From Thermoplasmatota archaeon (lineage in GTDB: Archaea; Thermoplasmatota; Thermoplasmata; Halarchaeoplasmatales; Halarchaeoplasmataceae), in contig JAGXLF010000001.1 of NCBI GenBank assembly GCA_018334835.1, positions 32,879 to 96,878 of the forward strand: a stretch of 64,000 nucleotides of DNA. Direction: 5' to 3'. The notes under the pieces were generated by a model. That model was not told the origin of the DNA. It searched no databases and saw only the letters and a list, made by a program, of their open reading frames with translations. The position numbers and the translations under genes are program-made. How positions within the stretch are numbered: the stretch's first letter is position 1; each line of letters opens with the position of its first letter. Of this stretch, positions 27,798 through 37,159 are shown piece by piece.

Positions 27798-29305
27798 AAA
27801 TAATAAAAAGCATCCCTACAGAGATTAAAAAGTTTTTGAATAAGGAAGGCGGTTCTTCGATATTTTTAGAAGGTGCTACAGGCACGGGAAAAACAACTTT
27901 GGGTCTTCAAATAATCGAGGAGATATCCGAACAAGATAAAAGCTTTTATTTGTCGACTAGAGTTTCGGATGAGGCTCTTTACAATCAATTTCCTTGGTTG
28001 GAAGAAAAAGAGATTCGTTCTCAGGTAATGGATGCTAGCAAAGTATTTCTCCAGGCCATATATGAGGAAAAAAATGCGGAAAAAGGCATCCCTGAGGGTA
28101 AAAAGAAAAAAGTAAAGGGTGCTAAAGAATTTTTGAAAACTATAAGAGGAGAAAGTCCTCCAGAAGAAGTGGATAGGACTCGTCTTCAGCAATTAGACCG
28201 AGATATTCCGAGTCTGAACAGGATATATGATAGAATAAACGATATACTTCCCGAGCGGTCTTTATTGGTAATAGACAGTCTAGAGGGGATCACCCACAAA
28301 TATGGCTTCGATATGGAAACCTTCGTTATGACCTTGCAGAAAGATCTAGTTGAGCACTCTAATACTAATCTGATAATGATACTAGAAAAGGAATCGGCGC
28401 CTGAATTAGAATACCTAGCAGATGGTGTTGTTCAGCTCAAGCGACATCAGCTTGAAGGCAGGGATGTAAGAGAGATCATGCTCAAAAAATTAAGAGCTAT
28501 AGAGATAAGCCAGCCCTCTTATCTCATGTCTTTGAAAGGCGGTCACTTCAAATGTTTTGAGCCGTATGAACTCAAGATATCAGGCGGAAACGAGTGGGAG
28601 CCCCTTGATGCTCCAGAAGGCAAATATAGTACAGGCATAGAAGACATTGATGAATTACTTGGAGGCGGTTTTGAGGCAGGGAGTTACAATGTTTTCGAGA
28701 TCGAAGAGAACGTCAGTAATGAAGAGTTTTTCTCGATTATCAGACCTCTTTTTCTGAATTTTATAGCTCAAGGGAGAGGTGTTATTTCTGTCCTTTCGGG
28801 GGGGACTCATCCAGAGAATCTCAGAGATGACCTTATACGATTCATACCAGATGAATTATTCAACCAAAAATTCAGAATAGTAGATCATCTTACGTCGCAG
28901 ACTGACAAGCCTTATAAGCTTGCCCTTGCAGGTAAAAACCAAAAGCAGTACAGGAAGATATATAACCAAAGCATGAAAGAGTTAAGAGGGGAAGAAGACC
29001 TTGGCATTTTAGATTATCATGCTTTAGATACGCTTGAATACATGCGTGGCGGTGAGATGGCACTCCAAGAACTTCTCAGTGGTGTTGCCAACACGAAGAA
29101 TTCTGATGATCTTGGGATAGGGATACTCAAGCCGGGACTTAATCTCTCAAAAGAGATAAAGAACATGGCGGACAATTACTTTGTACTTCTCAGCATAAAC
29201 AAAACTCCGTGTATATACGGGGTCAAACCCAAGACCGGACTTTATGCAATAGTCACCGACAAGGAAAGAGGCTCCCCGTACATACAGTTGGAACAGATAG
29301 TCTAG
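27794..29305 (+). CDS. Two-domain KaiC/RecA-like ATPase (second domain lacks P-loop)
   Basis: Domain 1 has Walker A GATGTGKT and Walker B LLVIDSLE. Domain 2 starts with the KaiC-like YSTGIEDIDELLGGGFEAGS, but the P-loop position reads FEIEENVSNEE. ATGA overlap with the Roadblock stop. Confidence 0.75.
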   Translation: MKIIKSIPTEIKKFLNKEGGSSIFLEGATGTGKTTLGLQIIEEISEQDKSFYLSTRVSDEALYNQFPWLEEKEIRSQVMDASKVFLQAIYEEKNAEKGIPEGKKKKVKGAKEFLKTIRGESPPEEVDRTRLQQLDRDIPSLNRIYDRINDILPERSLLVIDSLEGITHKYGFDMETFVMTLQKDLVEHSNTNLIMILEKESAPELEYLADGVVQLKRHQLEGRDVREIMLKKLRAIEISQPSYLMSLKGGHFKCFEPYELKISGGNEWEPLDAPEGKYSTGIEDIDELLGGGFEAGSYNVFEIEENVSNEEFFSIIRPLFLNFIAQGRGVISVLSGGTHPENLRDDLIRFIPDELFNQKFRIVDHLTSQTDKPYKLALAGKNQKQYRKIYNQSMKELRGEEDLGILDYHALDTLEYMRGGEMALQELLSGVANTKNSDDLGIGILKPGLNLSKEIKNMADNYFVLLSINKTPCIYGVKPKTGLYAIVTDKERGSPYIQLEQIV

Positions 29306-29955
29306 AACCCGTGTTTTCCTTTCAGCGGGACGAATCTAACCCCGCCTAGATTTTCTTTTTCGATCTTGTTTTCTTTTCTCTTGGTTGCCTTTATCAATTT
29401 TTGAAAAAATTTGCTCCCAATAGGGATCAATATTTTTCCTTCAAGGACTAATTGATCTATCAATGGTGACGGGATGCTAGGCGCTCCACATGCTACGGAG
29501 ATTCTGTGGTAGGGAGCTCTTTTTTCATATCCGGAAGATCCGTCTCCTTGTATTATTTGGACATTATGATATCCTGTATCTTTTATCCTTTTTTGAGCGG
29601 ATTCTGCCAGATTGGAAACGTATTCAATAGAATAGACTTTCCCTTTTTCACCGATCATCTCGGCAATAACTGCGGCATGATAACCCATACCTCCTCCTAT
29701 CTCGAGCACTTTCTGCCCTTCTTCGATATCTAGTTTTTCGACCATCATGGCGACCATATGAGGGGCTGAAATAGTCTGTCCTTCACCTATTGGCTGCGGA
29801 GAATCTACATAGGCTCTACTTTTCACTTTTTTAGGAACAAACTTATGTCGAGGTACCTTTCTCATCGCCTTTTCTACAGACTTGCTTTCAATGTATCCTT
29901 TCCTGATGAGATTATCTATAAGATTATCGCGTTTTTTTCCAAAATCCTTCTTCAT
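29302..29955 (-). CDS. pcm: Protein-L-isoaspartate O-methyltransferase
   Basis: SAM motif LEIGGGMGYHAAV and PIMT family blocks (QTISAPHMVA). Confidence 0.9.
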   Translation of the reverse strand: MKKDFGKKRDNLIDNLIRKGYIESKSVEKAMRKVPRHKFVPKKVKSRAYVDSPQPIGEGQTISAPHMVAMMVEKLDIEEGQKVLEIGGGMGYHAAVIAEMIGEKGKVYSIEYVSNLAESAQKRIKDTGYHNVQIIQGDGSSGYEKRAPYHRISVACGAPSIPSPLIDQLVLEGKILIPIGSKFFQKLIKATKRKENKIEKENLGGVRFVPLKGKHGF

Positions 29956-30029
29956 AGGTGTACCCTTCCGGTTAGAGATACCTAAAATTTAATGCCGGTC
30001 GAATGTTATAAATATTGTTCTGATTCTAA

Positions 30030-30764
30030 ATGACTGATAATATGACCGATATACCAAAATCTCATCCGAGGTATCTTTCTTTAAAAATGAGGGAATCCTT
30101 AGTTAAAGGTGTAGAGGATGGGATCACCTCCATGGCCGGTCTCATCGCTCATGGTAGGGGAGAGATGTTCGATTATCTTATTGGAGAGGAAACGATAAGT
30201 ACTGCTGAGCGGGCCGAGAAAAAAGCGGTCGAAGAAATCATAGAAGCTAAAAATCCCGTAATCTCAGTGAACGGTAACGTTGCTGCTCTAGTTCCTAAAG
30301 AGATAGTTGAACTTGGAAAAACGTTAGATACAAAACTGGAGGTCAACCTGTTTCATCGTATTCCAGAGAGGGTGAGTAAGATAAAGGGTGCCTTGGAGAA
30401 TAATGGTGCGGAAGAAGTTTTCGGCCTTGAACCGGAGGAAAAAATACCAGGGCTGGATCATAAAAGAGCTCTGTGCTCCCATGAAGGGATATACACTTCA
30501 GATGTTGTTCTAGTCCCTCTAGAGGACGGAGATCGAGCGGAGGCTCTCAAGAAGATGGGTAAAAAAGTGATCACTATAGATTTGAATCCCCTTTCTAGGA
30601 CCTCTAGAGTGGCGGACATAACCATTGTAGATAACATAGTGAGAGCTGTTCCTAATATGATGGAATTTGAACCGCTCTACGATGATTTTGATAATGATGA
30701 AAATCTGAAGAAAACCCTTCTCTTCATGTCTGAGCGATTGAAAAACTTATCAGAAGAAATATAA
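30030..30764 (+). CDS. Archaeal phosphopantothenate synthetase (4-phosphopantoate--beta-alanine ligase, COG1701)
   Basis: HPRYLSL..GLIAHGRGEMFDYLIGE blocks typical of the archaeal PPS family. Confidence 0.8.
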   Translation: MTDNMTDIPKSHPRYLSLKMRESLVKGVEDGITSMAGLIAHGRGEMFDYLIGEETISTAERAEKKAVEEIIEAKNPVISVNGNVAALVPKEIVELGKTLDTKLEVNLFHRIPERVSKIKGALENNGAEEVFGLEPEEKIPGLDHKRALCSHEGIYTSDVVLVPLEDGDRAEALKKMGKKVITIDLNPLSRTSRVADITIVDNIVRAVPNMMEFEPLYDDFDNDENLKKTLLFMSERLKNLSEEI

Positions 30765-30797
30765 GAACCTCTTCATTTACTTGGAACGTTTGATATC

Positions 30798-32033
30798 ATG
30801 AATGAATTGGTAGCGAAAGGAAAGAAGCGGCTCGATTGGGCTCGCGATCATATGCCAGTAATAGAGAATGTAAAGCAAGAGGTTTCGGAAAACGGATACC
30901 TTGACGGAAAAAATGTTTCGATGGCTCTCCATGTAGAGGCCAAAACGGGTATACTTGCGCTTTCTTTGAGAGAGGTAGGAGCTAATGTGAAAATGGCTTC
31001 CTGTAATCCTCTATCTACAGATGATTCAGTCGCCGAGGCATTGAGAGAAGAATACGGAATGGACGTTCATGCTAAGCGAGGTCAAACTGATGAAGAATAT
31101 TATGAGAATTTGACTAATACTTTAAAACATGCTCCAAATGTTGTGATAGATGACGGTGGAGATTTGATATCTTTGATCCACATAGAAAGAGAGGATCTAA
31201 TAGACGGGATAGCCGGTGGGGCTGAAGAGACCACTACTGGAGTCGTTAGGTTGAGGGCCATGGAAAAAGAAGGAACGCTTCGTTTTCCGGTCATGTCGGT
31301 AAATGATGCCCTCATGAAACATCTTTTTGATAACCGATATGGAACGGGGCAGTCTACGATGGATGGTATTATGAGCGCTACTAATCTACAGATCAGCGGA
31401 AAAAACTTTTTGGTAGTTGGATACGGATGGTGCGGAAGAGGCATAGCCATGAGAGCTAAAGGTATGGGAGCCTCTGTCATGGTCTCGGAAGTTGATCCTG
31501 TGAAAGCTGTAGAGGCAAGGATGGACGGTTTCGAAGTCCTTCCTACCAAAAAAGGTATAGAAAAGGCTGATTTCGTAGTGACTGTGACCGGTTGTAAAGA
31601 TGCGGTTGGAGAAGAGGCGATAAGGAAATCAAAAGATGGTTGTGTCTTAGCAAATTCAGGACATTTCGACAACGAGATTTCGAAAGAGAAACTTAATCAG
31701 TTTTCCAAATCTAAAAGAAAAGTTCGAGAAGATATTATGGAGTATACAATGGAGGATGGTCGAACACTTTATCTCCTATCCGAAGGAAGGTTGGTCAATC
31801 TAGCCGCTGGACAAGGACATCCAGCCGAAATAATGGATATGAGTTTTGCACTTCAGATGATGTCCGCGGAATATGTACTCAAAAATGAAGGACTAGAACC
31901 AAAAGTTCATTCTATTCCGAGAGAGATAGACGAAAAAGTAGCATCTCTGAAGTTGGAATCCGAAGATATTGAGGTCGATAAACTGACCGAAGAACAAAAG
32001 AGATATATAGAAAATTGGAAAGAAGGTACCTGA
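30798..32033 (+). CDS. ahcY: Adenosylhomocysteinase
   Basis: NAD-binding VVGYGWCGRG. Substrate-domain blocks and length are typical of the archaeal enzyme. Confidence 0.92.
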   Translation: MNELVAKGKKRLDWARDHMPVIENVKQEVSENGYLDGKNVSMALHVEAKTGILALSLREVGANVKMASCNPLSTDDSVAEALREEYGMDVHAKRGQTDEEYYENLTNTLKHAPNVVIDDGGDLISLIHIEREDLIDGIAGGAEETTTGVVRLRAMEKEGTLRFPVMSVNDALMKHLFDNRYGTGQSTMDGIMSATNLQISGKNFLVVGYGWCGRGIAMRAKGMGASVMVSEVDPVKAVEARMDGFEVLPTKKGIEKADFVVTVTGCKDAVGEEAIRKSKDGCVLANSGHFDNEISKEKLNQFSKSKRKVREDIMEYTMEDGRTLYLLSEGRLVNLAAGQGHPAEIMDMSFALQMMSAEYVLKNEGLEPKVHSIPREIDEKVASLKLESEDIEVDKLTEEQKRYIENWKEGT

Positions 32034-32303
32034 TCAATCGATCAGGGTTATATCTTCTGATTTGACACTCTGGACTTCTTCTATATCTTCCAGCTTTTCT
32101 TCTATTTTGTCAACGATTCCGCCTTCGTCGGGGATTACGATCCTTGCGATTATCGCTTTTAAACCAAAAGCCACCTCTTCTTCGTTTGAGCCTTTCAAAC
32201 TGCCGTGTTCCTCTGCGATTTCCTTGATGTCAACCCTAATTCTATCTAGATTTGAATCGGTTCCTTCTGGCATTATCTTATAAGTTATCATAACGTTTCC
32301 CAT
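32034..32303 (-). CDS. Elongation factor 1-beta
   Basis: 89 aa with the KIMPEG..AFGLKAI pattern of aEF-1beta, plus the conserved neighbouring Zn-ribbon gene. Confidence 0.85.
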   Translation of the reverse strand: MGNVMITYKIMPEGTDSNLDRIRVDIKEIAEEHGSLKGSNEEEVAFGLKAIIARIVIPDEGGIVDKIEEKLEDIEEVQSVKSEDITLID

Positions 32304-32304
32304 A

Positions 32305-32472
32305 TTATGGCCCCCTGAAACCGCATTCTGGACATTCGTATTCTTCTGCTTGGTCCCGACATTTTTCGCATCTTCCGATTTCAGCCTCTCCGCATTCTGG
32401 ACACGGAAATACCGTGTTCTTTAGACCGACTAAAGTTACACCGCAGGAAGTACAATTGTAATCTTCTTTCAT
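32305..32472 (-). CDS. Zn-ribbon protein (COG2888-type, usual EF-1beta neighbour)
   Basis: MKEDYNCTSCG..CPECG..CEKC..CPECG has four CxxC pairs. The track ORF (to 32607) has an implausible 45-codon hydrophobic extension. Confidence 0.7.
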   Translation of the reverse strand: MKEDYNCTSCGVTLVGLKNTVFPCPECGEAEIGRCEKCRDQAEEYECPECGFRGP

Positions 32473-32655
32473 GACAATCAAGATTCGTAGAAAAGAAAGC
32501 CTATTTAATATTGTCGCATATCTGAACGTGTATTTATAGTATAGCATAAACAAAATTCTTAAATACTCATAGTTATTCCCGTTAATCAGTATGTTTATAA
32601 TTACCATCCTTACCAGCTATGGAGTTTTTGAAGATGATGGAAAAGGAGGCTAATC

Positions 32656-33198
32656 ATGAAGAGAGCTAAAGCGTTCTTGTCTACTTTTTTGCTGGCACTT
32701 TTCGTCTATTTATCACTTACGTTGGCAGCTGGGATGCCAGAATATTCAATGGCACCGGAAGAGCCCTGGAGTCAAATTATCTGGAGTTTTGAAGAGTTTG
32801 TGTTAGGGATATCGGTGAGTTTGATCGTCGCATCACTTGTTGACCATATCTTATGTAGAACAGAAGATTTCAGGATGATGAACCCCGTTAGATGGGGAAT
32901 AATCCTGGTTTATAGTATCCCTCTATTCATAGAGATGGCTAAAGCTAATCTAGACGTAGCTTATAGGATTATCACAGGTAAGATCGAACCTGCTATAGTC
33001 AAGATAGAACCCGATCTTGAATCGGATTTGGGATTGACTTTTTTGGCTAACTCTATAACTCTAACACCCGGCACACTAACTGTAGATATAGATGATAAAA
33101 AAAGTGAGATGTACATCCATTGGATAAAGATAGGTGAAGACCCTACTGAAAATATAGCAGGTAGATTTGTAAAGTGGATAAGGAGGTTTGCTGAATGA
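32656..33198 (+). CDS. mbhA: Membrane-bound hydrogenase subunit MbhA (MrpE-like)
   Basis: MrpE block ANSITLTPGTLTVD. First gene of a 14-gene array collinear with the Pyrococcus furiosus mbhA-N operon. Confidence 0.8.
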   Translation: MKRAKAFLSTFLLALFVYLSLTLAAGMPEYSMAPEEPWSQIIWSFEEFVLGISVSLIVASLVDHILCRTEDFRMMNPVRWGIILVYSIPLFIEMAKANLDVAYRIITGKIEPAIVKIEPDLESDLGLTFLANSITLTPGTLTVDIDDKKSEMYIHWIKIGEDPTENIAGRFVKWIRRFAE

Positions 33199-33464
33199 TC
33201 GAACTTACGACAGCCTTTTATGCAGCCGCCCTCGCAATTGCTCTATATATAATAATATGTGCATTGCGTGTGTTTTTAGGCCCGAGCGCAGCGGATAGAA
33301 CCGTCGCTTTAGATACGATAAATACGCTGGTAATCGGAGGGATGATCGCTCTCGGAGCGGCGATGATGGAAACACTCTTTATAGATATAGCTATAGTCTA
33401 TGCTATTCTCTCTTTCATAACTACACTCTTCATAGCTAAATACTTGGAAGGAGGTGTCTCTTAA
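33195..33464 (+). CDS. mbhB: MbhB (MrpF-like)
   Basis: 89 aa, 3 TM segments, PSAADRTVALDT block of MrpF. Overlaps mbhA by 4 nt. Confidence 0.8.
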   Translation: MIELTTAFYAAALAIALYIIICALRVFLGPSAADRTVALDTINTLVIGGMIALGAAMMETLFIDIAIVYAILSFITTLFIAKYLEGGVS

Positions 33465-33465
33465 G

Positions 33466-33837
33466 ATGACTTGGCCTATGATGGTCATACTAATCCTTTT
33501 GATCATCTCAGTGATCTTCAACGCCTTGGGTACTATAGGTCTTCATCGATTTCCGGATGTTTATACAAGACTTCACGCAGCGACGAAATGCACTACATTT
33601 GGAACCATCTTCATGACCTTTACCGTTATGGCTTATAGTATTAGGAGGTACGTGATCATGACGGATGGAACGAAATTTCTCAATATGGCGATCCATACGT
33701 TCGTAGCTTTGATCGCTCTTCTCATAACGAATCCAACTGGAGCTCATGCAATCGCTAGGGCAGCCCACAAAATGGGTATTAAGCCTGAAAAAGCAGTGAA
33801 AGATGATCTTGAAGATAAAGAATCGGAGGTGAGCTGA
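33466..33837 (+). CDS. mbhC: MbhC (MrpG-like)
   Basis: The GLHRFPDVYTRLHAATK block is typical of MrpG. Start at ATG 33466 (or GTG 33454). Confidence 0.8.
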   Translation: MTWPMMVILILLIISVIFNALGTIGLHRFPDVYTRLHAATKCTTFGTIFMTFTVMAYSIRRYVIMTDGTKFLNMAIHTFVALIALLITNPTGAHAIARAAHKMGIKPEKAVKDDLEDKESEVS

Positions 33838-34095
33838 ATGCCAGGGTTGGTTCAGATAATACAATTTTTGATTTTGATTGGCCTTATGATGACGGCGGTA
33901 GCTGTAATAATTTTTAAAGACCTTATCTCGGCGGCGATCGCTCTTGGAGCTAGCAGTCTGTTGTTATCGCTGGAGTTCTTTGTCTTAAGAGCACCGGATG
34001 TTGCGATCGCTGAAGCTGCAGTTGGTGCGGCTCTTACTACGGCGATATTTATCTTTGCTATAAAGGCAACAGAAAGGAAGGAGGGATACGAATGA
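33838..34095 (+). CDS. mbhD: MbhD (MrpB N-terminal-like, DUF4040)
   Basis: 85 aa, 3 TM segments, LRAPDVAIAEAAVGA block. Confidence 0.75.
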   Translation: MPGLVQIIQFLILIGLMMTAVAVIIFKDLISAAIALGASSLLLSLEFFVLRAPDVAIAEAAVGAALTTAIFIFAIKATERKEGYE

Positions 34096-34376
34096 AGAAA
34101 GCAATAGCGATACTAGCATTTCTCATCATATTCGCTTTTCTGATCCTCGGTGCGGTAGAGATGAGGCCTTTTGGGGAACCAGAACAAGAAGATATGGATG
34201 ATTATTTCCTTGGGGATAGCCAACCTCACAACCAGGTCAACAATGTCGTCACTGCCGTTCTTTTCGATTATAGAGGTCTAGATACATTGGGCGAAGCGAC
34301 GATACTTTTCTCTGCGGTTGTTGGTGTTCTAACCGTGCTCCGCGAGACTCAAAAGAAAGGGGGTGAAGATGTATGA
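34092..34376 (+). CDS. mbhE: MbhE
   Basis: 94 aa with the NVVTAVLFDYRGLDTLGE block. Position fits mbh synteny. Confidence 0.75.
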   Translation: MKKAIAILAFLIIFAFLILGAVEMRPFGEPEQEDMDDYFLGDSQPHNQVNNVVTAVLFDYRGLDTLGEATILFSAVVGVLTVLRETQKKGGEDV

Positions 34377-34425
34377 GTAGGATTAACATCCTTTCATCTC
34401 CAGTCACAAAAGAGGTGATCTGCGG

Positions 34426-34920
34426 ATGAATTGGAAGATGTCGAGGATCGTTAGGACTGTGACTGATTTTTTAGTCGTTCCTATCGTGATCTTTGGAATC
34501 TATCTCATCCTTCACGGGCACCTTACTCCTGGCGGAGGATTTCAGGGTGGTGCAGTAGTTGCTTCTGCCACGGCCCTTCTCATCATCGCCTATGGAACAT
34601 TGGGTAGACATAAGAAAGATCTTTCTACAATAGAAGCTATCGGATTGATCTTGTTCATCTCTATTGCATTGCTCGGTATTGGTTCGACGATGTTCTATAA
34701 CTTTTTAGCTGGTACAGGTGGCATGTTTGGCGGAACTGTGGAAGGTATCAATTCAGGATACATCAATACCGGAGGAACTGTAACCTTGATGAATCTCGCT
34801 GTAGGTATAGAGGTATCCGCCGCCTTAAGTTTGATACTTTGGATGATGTCTAAGGAGACGGGTATCATGAAACCAGAAAAGAAAACCTCTAAAACTGAAT
34901 CCAAGGAGGTGGAAAATTGA
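34426..34920 (+). CDS. mbhF: MbhF (MrpB-like)
   Basis: HGHLTPGGGFQGG block of MrpB. Confidence 0.8.
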   Translation: MNWKMSRIVRTVTDFLVVPIVIFGIYLILHGHLTPGGGFQGGAVVASATALLIIAYGTLGRHKKDLSTIEAIGLILFISIALLGIGSTMFYNFLAGTGGMFGGTVEGINSGYINTGGTVTLMNLAVGIEVSAALSLILWMMSKETGIMKPEKKTSKTESKEVEN

Positions 34921-35276
34921 CTTTAGAAAGCATATTGATGACCCTGCCTTATATCACGGTCGTAGTACTTTTCTCCTTGGGACTTTTTACAGTTCTCTTT
35001 AAAAAGAATCTGATCAAGATCATCATGGGTATAGCTTTGATGCAGAACGGAGCCAATCTGTTTCTCGTCTCGTTGGCGTACAGACGGGGTGAATATGCAC
35101 CGATATTTACTAGTGCTGAATCCACAGATATGGTGATGCCAACAGCTCACGCTCTGACGCTTACTAGCATCGTTATCGGAGTAGCTACGACTGCCCTTTT
35201 GCTCTCCTTTGTGATCATGATCAAGAGGCACTATGGGAGTATCAATACTGACGATGTCAGGAGGTGTAAAGAATGA
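34917..35276 (+). CDS. mbhG: MbhG (MrpC/NuoK-like)
   Basis: 119 aa, 3 TM segments, TTGA overlap start, ALTLTSIVIGVA block. Confidence 0.8.
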   Translation: MTLESILMTLPYITVVVLFSLGLFTVLFKKNLIKIIMGIALMQNGANLFLVSLAYRRGEYAPIFTSAESTDMVMPTAHALTLTSIVIGVATTALLLSFVIMIKRHYGSINTDDVRRCKE

Positions 35277-36790
35277 GCTTCGATATAATGTTACACACAC
35301 CTACATTCATCCTTGCTATGCCGCTACTATTTGCCTTCCTGACGATACTAGTAAGCAAGTTTTCTAAGAAATTTGGAGAGATGACCTTTCTGTTAGGTCT
35401 CCTGCTAACAGGATTCTTTGTGTTTTTGATGTCTTATAGGATATTTACAGATGGAGGCTGGATTTATACGTTCGGAGCGGAAGAAGTAACTACTAGGAAT
35501 TTTTTCAGGATAACTTTCATAGCCGATGGATTCGCAGCCCTCGCGACCATCACGATCGCAATAACAGCGATAGCTGCGGGTATTTATTCTTTTGGCTATC
35601 TGGAGAAGGAAATGTCTTCGGATAAATTCTATACTCTCTTTCTGTTAACACTGGGAGGCGTCAACGGGATGGTACTGACCGGTGATCTATTCAATCTTTT
35701 CGTCTGGTTTGAAGTCACCTCCGTAGCCTCCTGCGCTCTTGTGGCTTATGAGAATTATCGAGGAAGAAGCGTAGAGGCCGCTTTGAAATACATGGTTTTG
35801 AGCACAGTGGGCGGTCTTGTCGTCCTTTTCTCTATAGGATTATTATATGGTCAGTACGGTGTGCTGAATTACGCCCTGTTATCGGGTAGTATCTCTAGAA
35901 CATTCCTTGACAAGTTAGCACTAGCCCTTCTCCTGGTGATATTTGCAATGAAGGCCAGCAGCGTTCCGATGCACATGTGGGCTCCAGATGCATACGGGGA
36001 GGCTCCGGGACCCGCAACTCCCTTCATAGCGATCACTAGTCTAGGTTCATTGTTTGTTTTATTCAGATTGCTCTTTGGAGTCTTCGGCGTGGGAATTGAT
36101 ACTGCGGCTATCGGAGCTATCTTGGTGATTTTGGGCGTACTTTCTATGTTTGTAGGGGTCACCATGGCTTTAGTACAAAATGATCTGAAGAGGTTGATCG
36201 CCTATCTGTCAGTTTCCCAAATGGGTTATATGATGATGGCTGTGGGTGTAGGCCTCGCTACTTTAAATACTGTGGAATATCAAAATTTTGGTGAGCTCGC
36301 TATGAAAGGTGGCCTTTTCCATATGATTAATGACGGAGTTTACAAGGCATTATTATTCCTCTCAGCAGTAGCAGTGATCCACAAGACAGATCTCAGAAGT
36401 CTGAATGATCTAGGTGGACTCGCCCATAAGATGCCTTATACAACAATGTTCTTTTTAGTTGGAGCGCTGTCCATAGCTGGCATACCACCGATGTCCGGTT
36501 TCAGCTCAAAATTACTTATATATCAATCCGTTTATCTCTACAATCCGATCTTGGCAGTTATCGCCCTAGTAGTCAGCATAATTACCTTTGCGATAATGGG
36601 TAAAGTCTTCTTCAATGCCTTCTTAGGACCAGATCAGGGATTAACGGACGGCGAAGTATCTAACGTTATGTTATCCGGTATGGCGATTTTGACAGCAGTG
36701 GTAATACTATTCACCTTATTCCCTAATCTGGTAGTTTCCGAGATCGTAACACCGGCGATAGAAGCCTTAACAGGAGGGGTGTTACCATGA
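35273..36790 (+). CDS. mbhH: MbhH (MrpD/NuoL/M/N-like antiporter subunit)
   Basis: 505 aa with about 14 TM segments and a proton-antiporter fold block (PMHMWAPDAYGEAPGPATPF). Confidence 0.85.
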   Translation: MSFDIMLHTPTFILAMPLLFAFLTILVSKFSKKFGEMTFLLGLLLTGFFVFLMSYRIFTDGGWIYTFGAEEVTTRNFFRITFIADGFAALATITIAITAIAAGIYSFGYLEKEMSSDKFYTLFLLTLGGVNGMVLTGDLFNLFVWFEVTSVASCALVAYENYRGRSVEAALKYMVLSTVGGLVVLFSIGLLYGQYGVLNYALLSGSISRTFLDKLALALLLVIFAMKASSVPMHMWAPDAYGEAPGPATPFIAITSLGSLFVLFRLLFGVFGVGIDTAAIGAILVILGVLSMFVGVTMALVQNDLKRLIAYLSVSQMGYMMMAVGVGLATLNTVEYQNFGELAMKGGLFHMINDGVYKALLFLSAVAVIHKTDLRSLNDLGGLAHKMPYTTMFFLVGALSIAGIPPMSGFSSKLLIYQSVYLYNPILAVIALVVSIITFAIMGKVFFNAFLGPDQGLTDGEVSNVMLSGMAILTAVVILFTLFPNLVVSEIVTPAIEALTGGVLP

Positions 36791-37125
36791 TAGATATAGT
36801 TCTTGAAGGAATCTGGAGTCCAATTGTCTTCATATTGGTCATATTGATAACAACCCTTGTCGCGTACATATTGTATGAGATGGGTAATCCATCCTACAAA
36901 CGAACAAAACACAAAGGAGAACCATTTATCTCAGGTAATCGACCACCGAAAGATATTAGAAAGATCCATGTGCCTGGAGATAACCTATTCTGGGGCTTCA
37001 CCGAGGCTTTAAAAAATTATTTCGAACCATTGGTTGAAGGGCATACTGGAAAACTGAACGATTATATGTATTGGGTCGTGATCACTTTGGCGGTGGTATT
37101 GATTTACATCTACATGGCGGTGTGA
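36787..37125 (+). CDS. mbhI: MbhI
   Basis: 112-aa two-TM protein at the position of mbhI between the antiporter and hydrogenase modules. Confidence 0.65.
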   Translation: MIDIVLEGIWSPIVFILVILITTLVAYILYEMGNPSYKRTKHKGEPFISGNRPPKDIRKIHVPGDNLFWGFTEALKNYFEPLVEGHTGKLNDYMYWVVITLAVVLIYIYMAV

Positions 37126-37159
37126 TAATGTATGCAATATGTAAGAGAGGTGAAGTAAA

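Noticed and set aside
31100-31672. Long antisense ORFs inside well-supported genes, e.g. 31100..31672 in ahcY, 57607..58119 in cdc6-2, 4769..5209 in fumA, 42335..42595 in mbf1 and 27383..27772 in the Roadblock gene
   Set aside because: Each lies opposite a gene with clear family motifs. Their translations are Ser/Pro/Leu-rich shadow frames.
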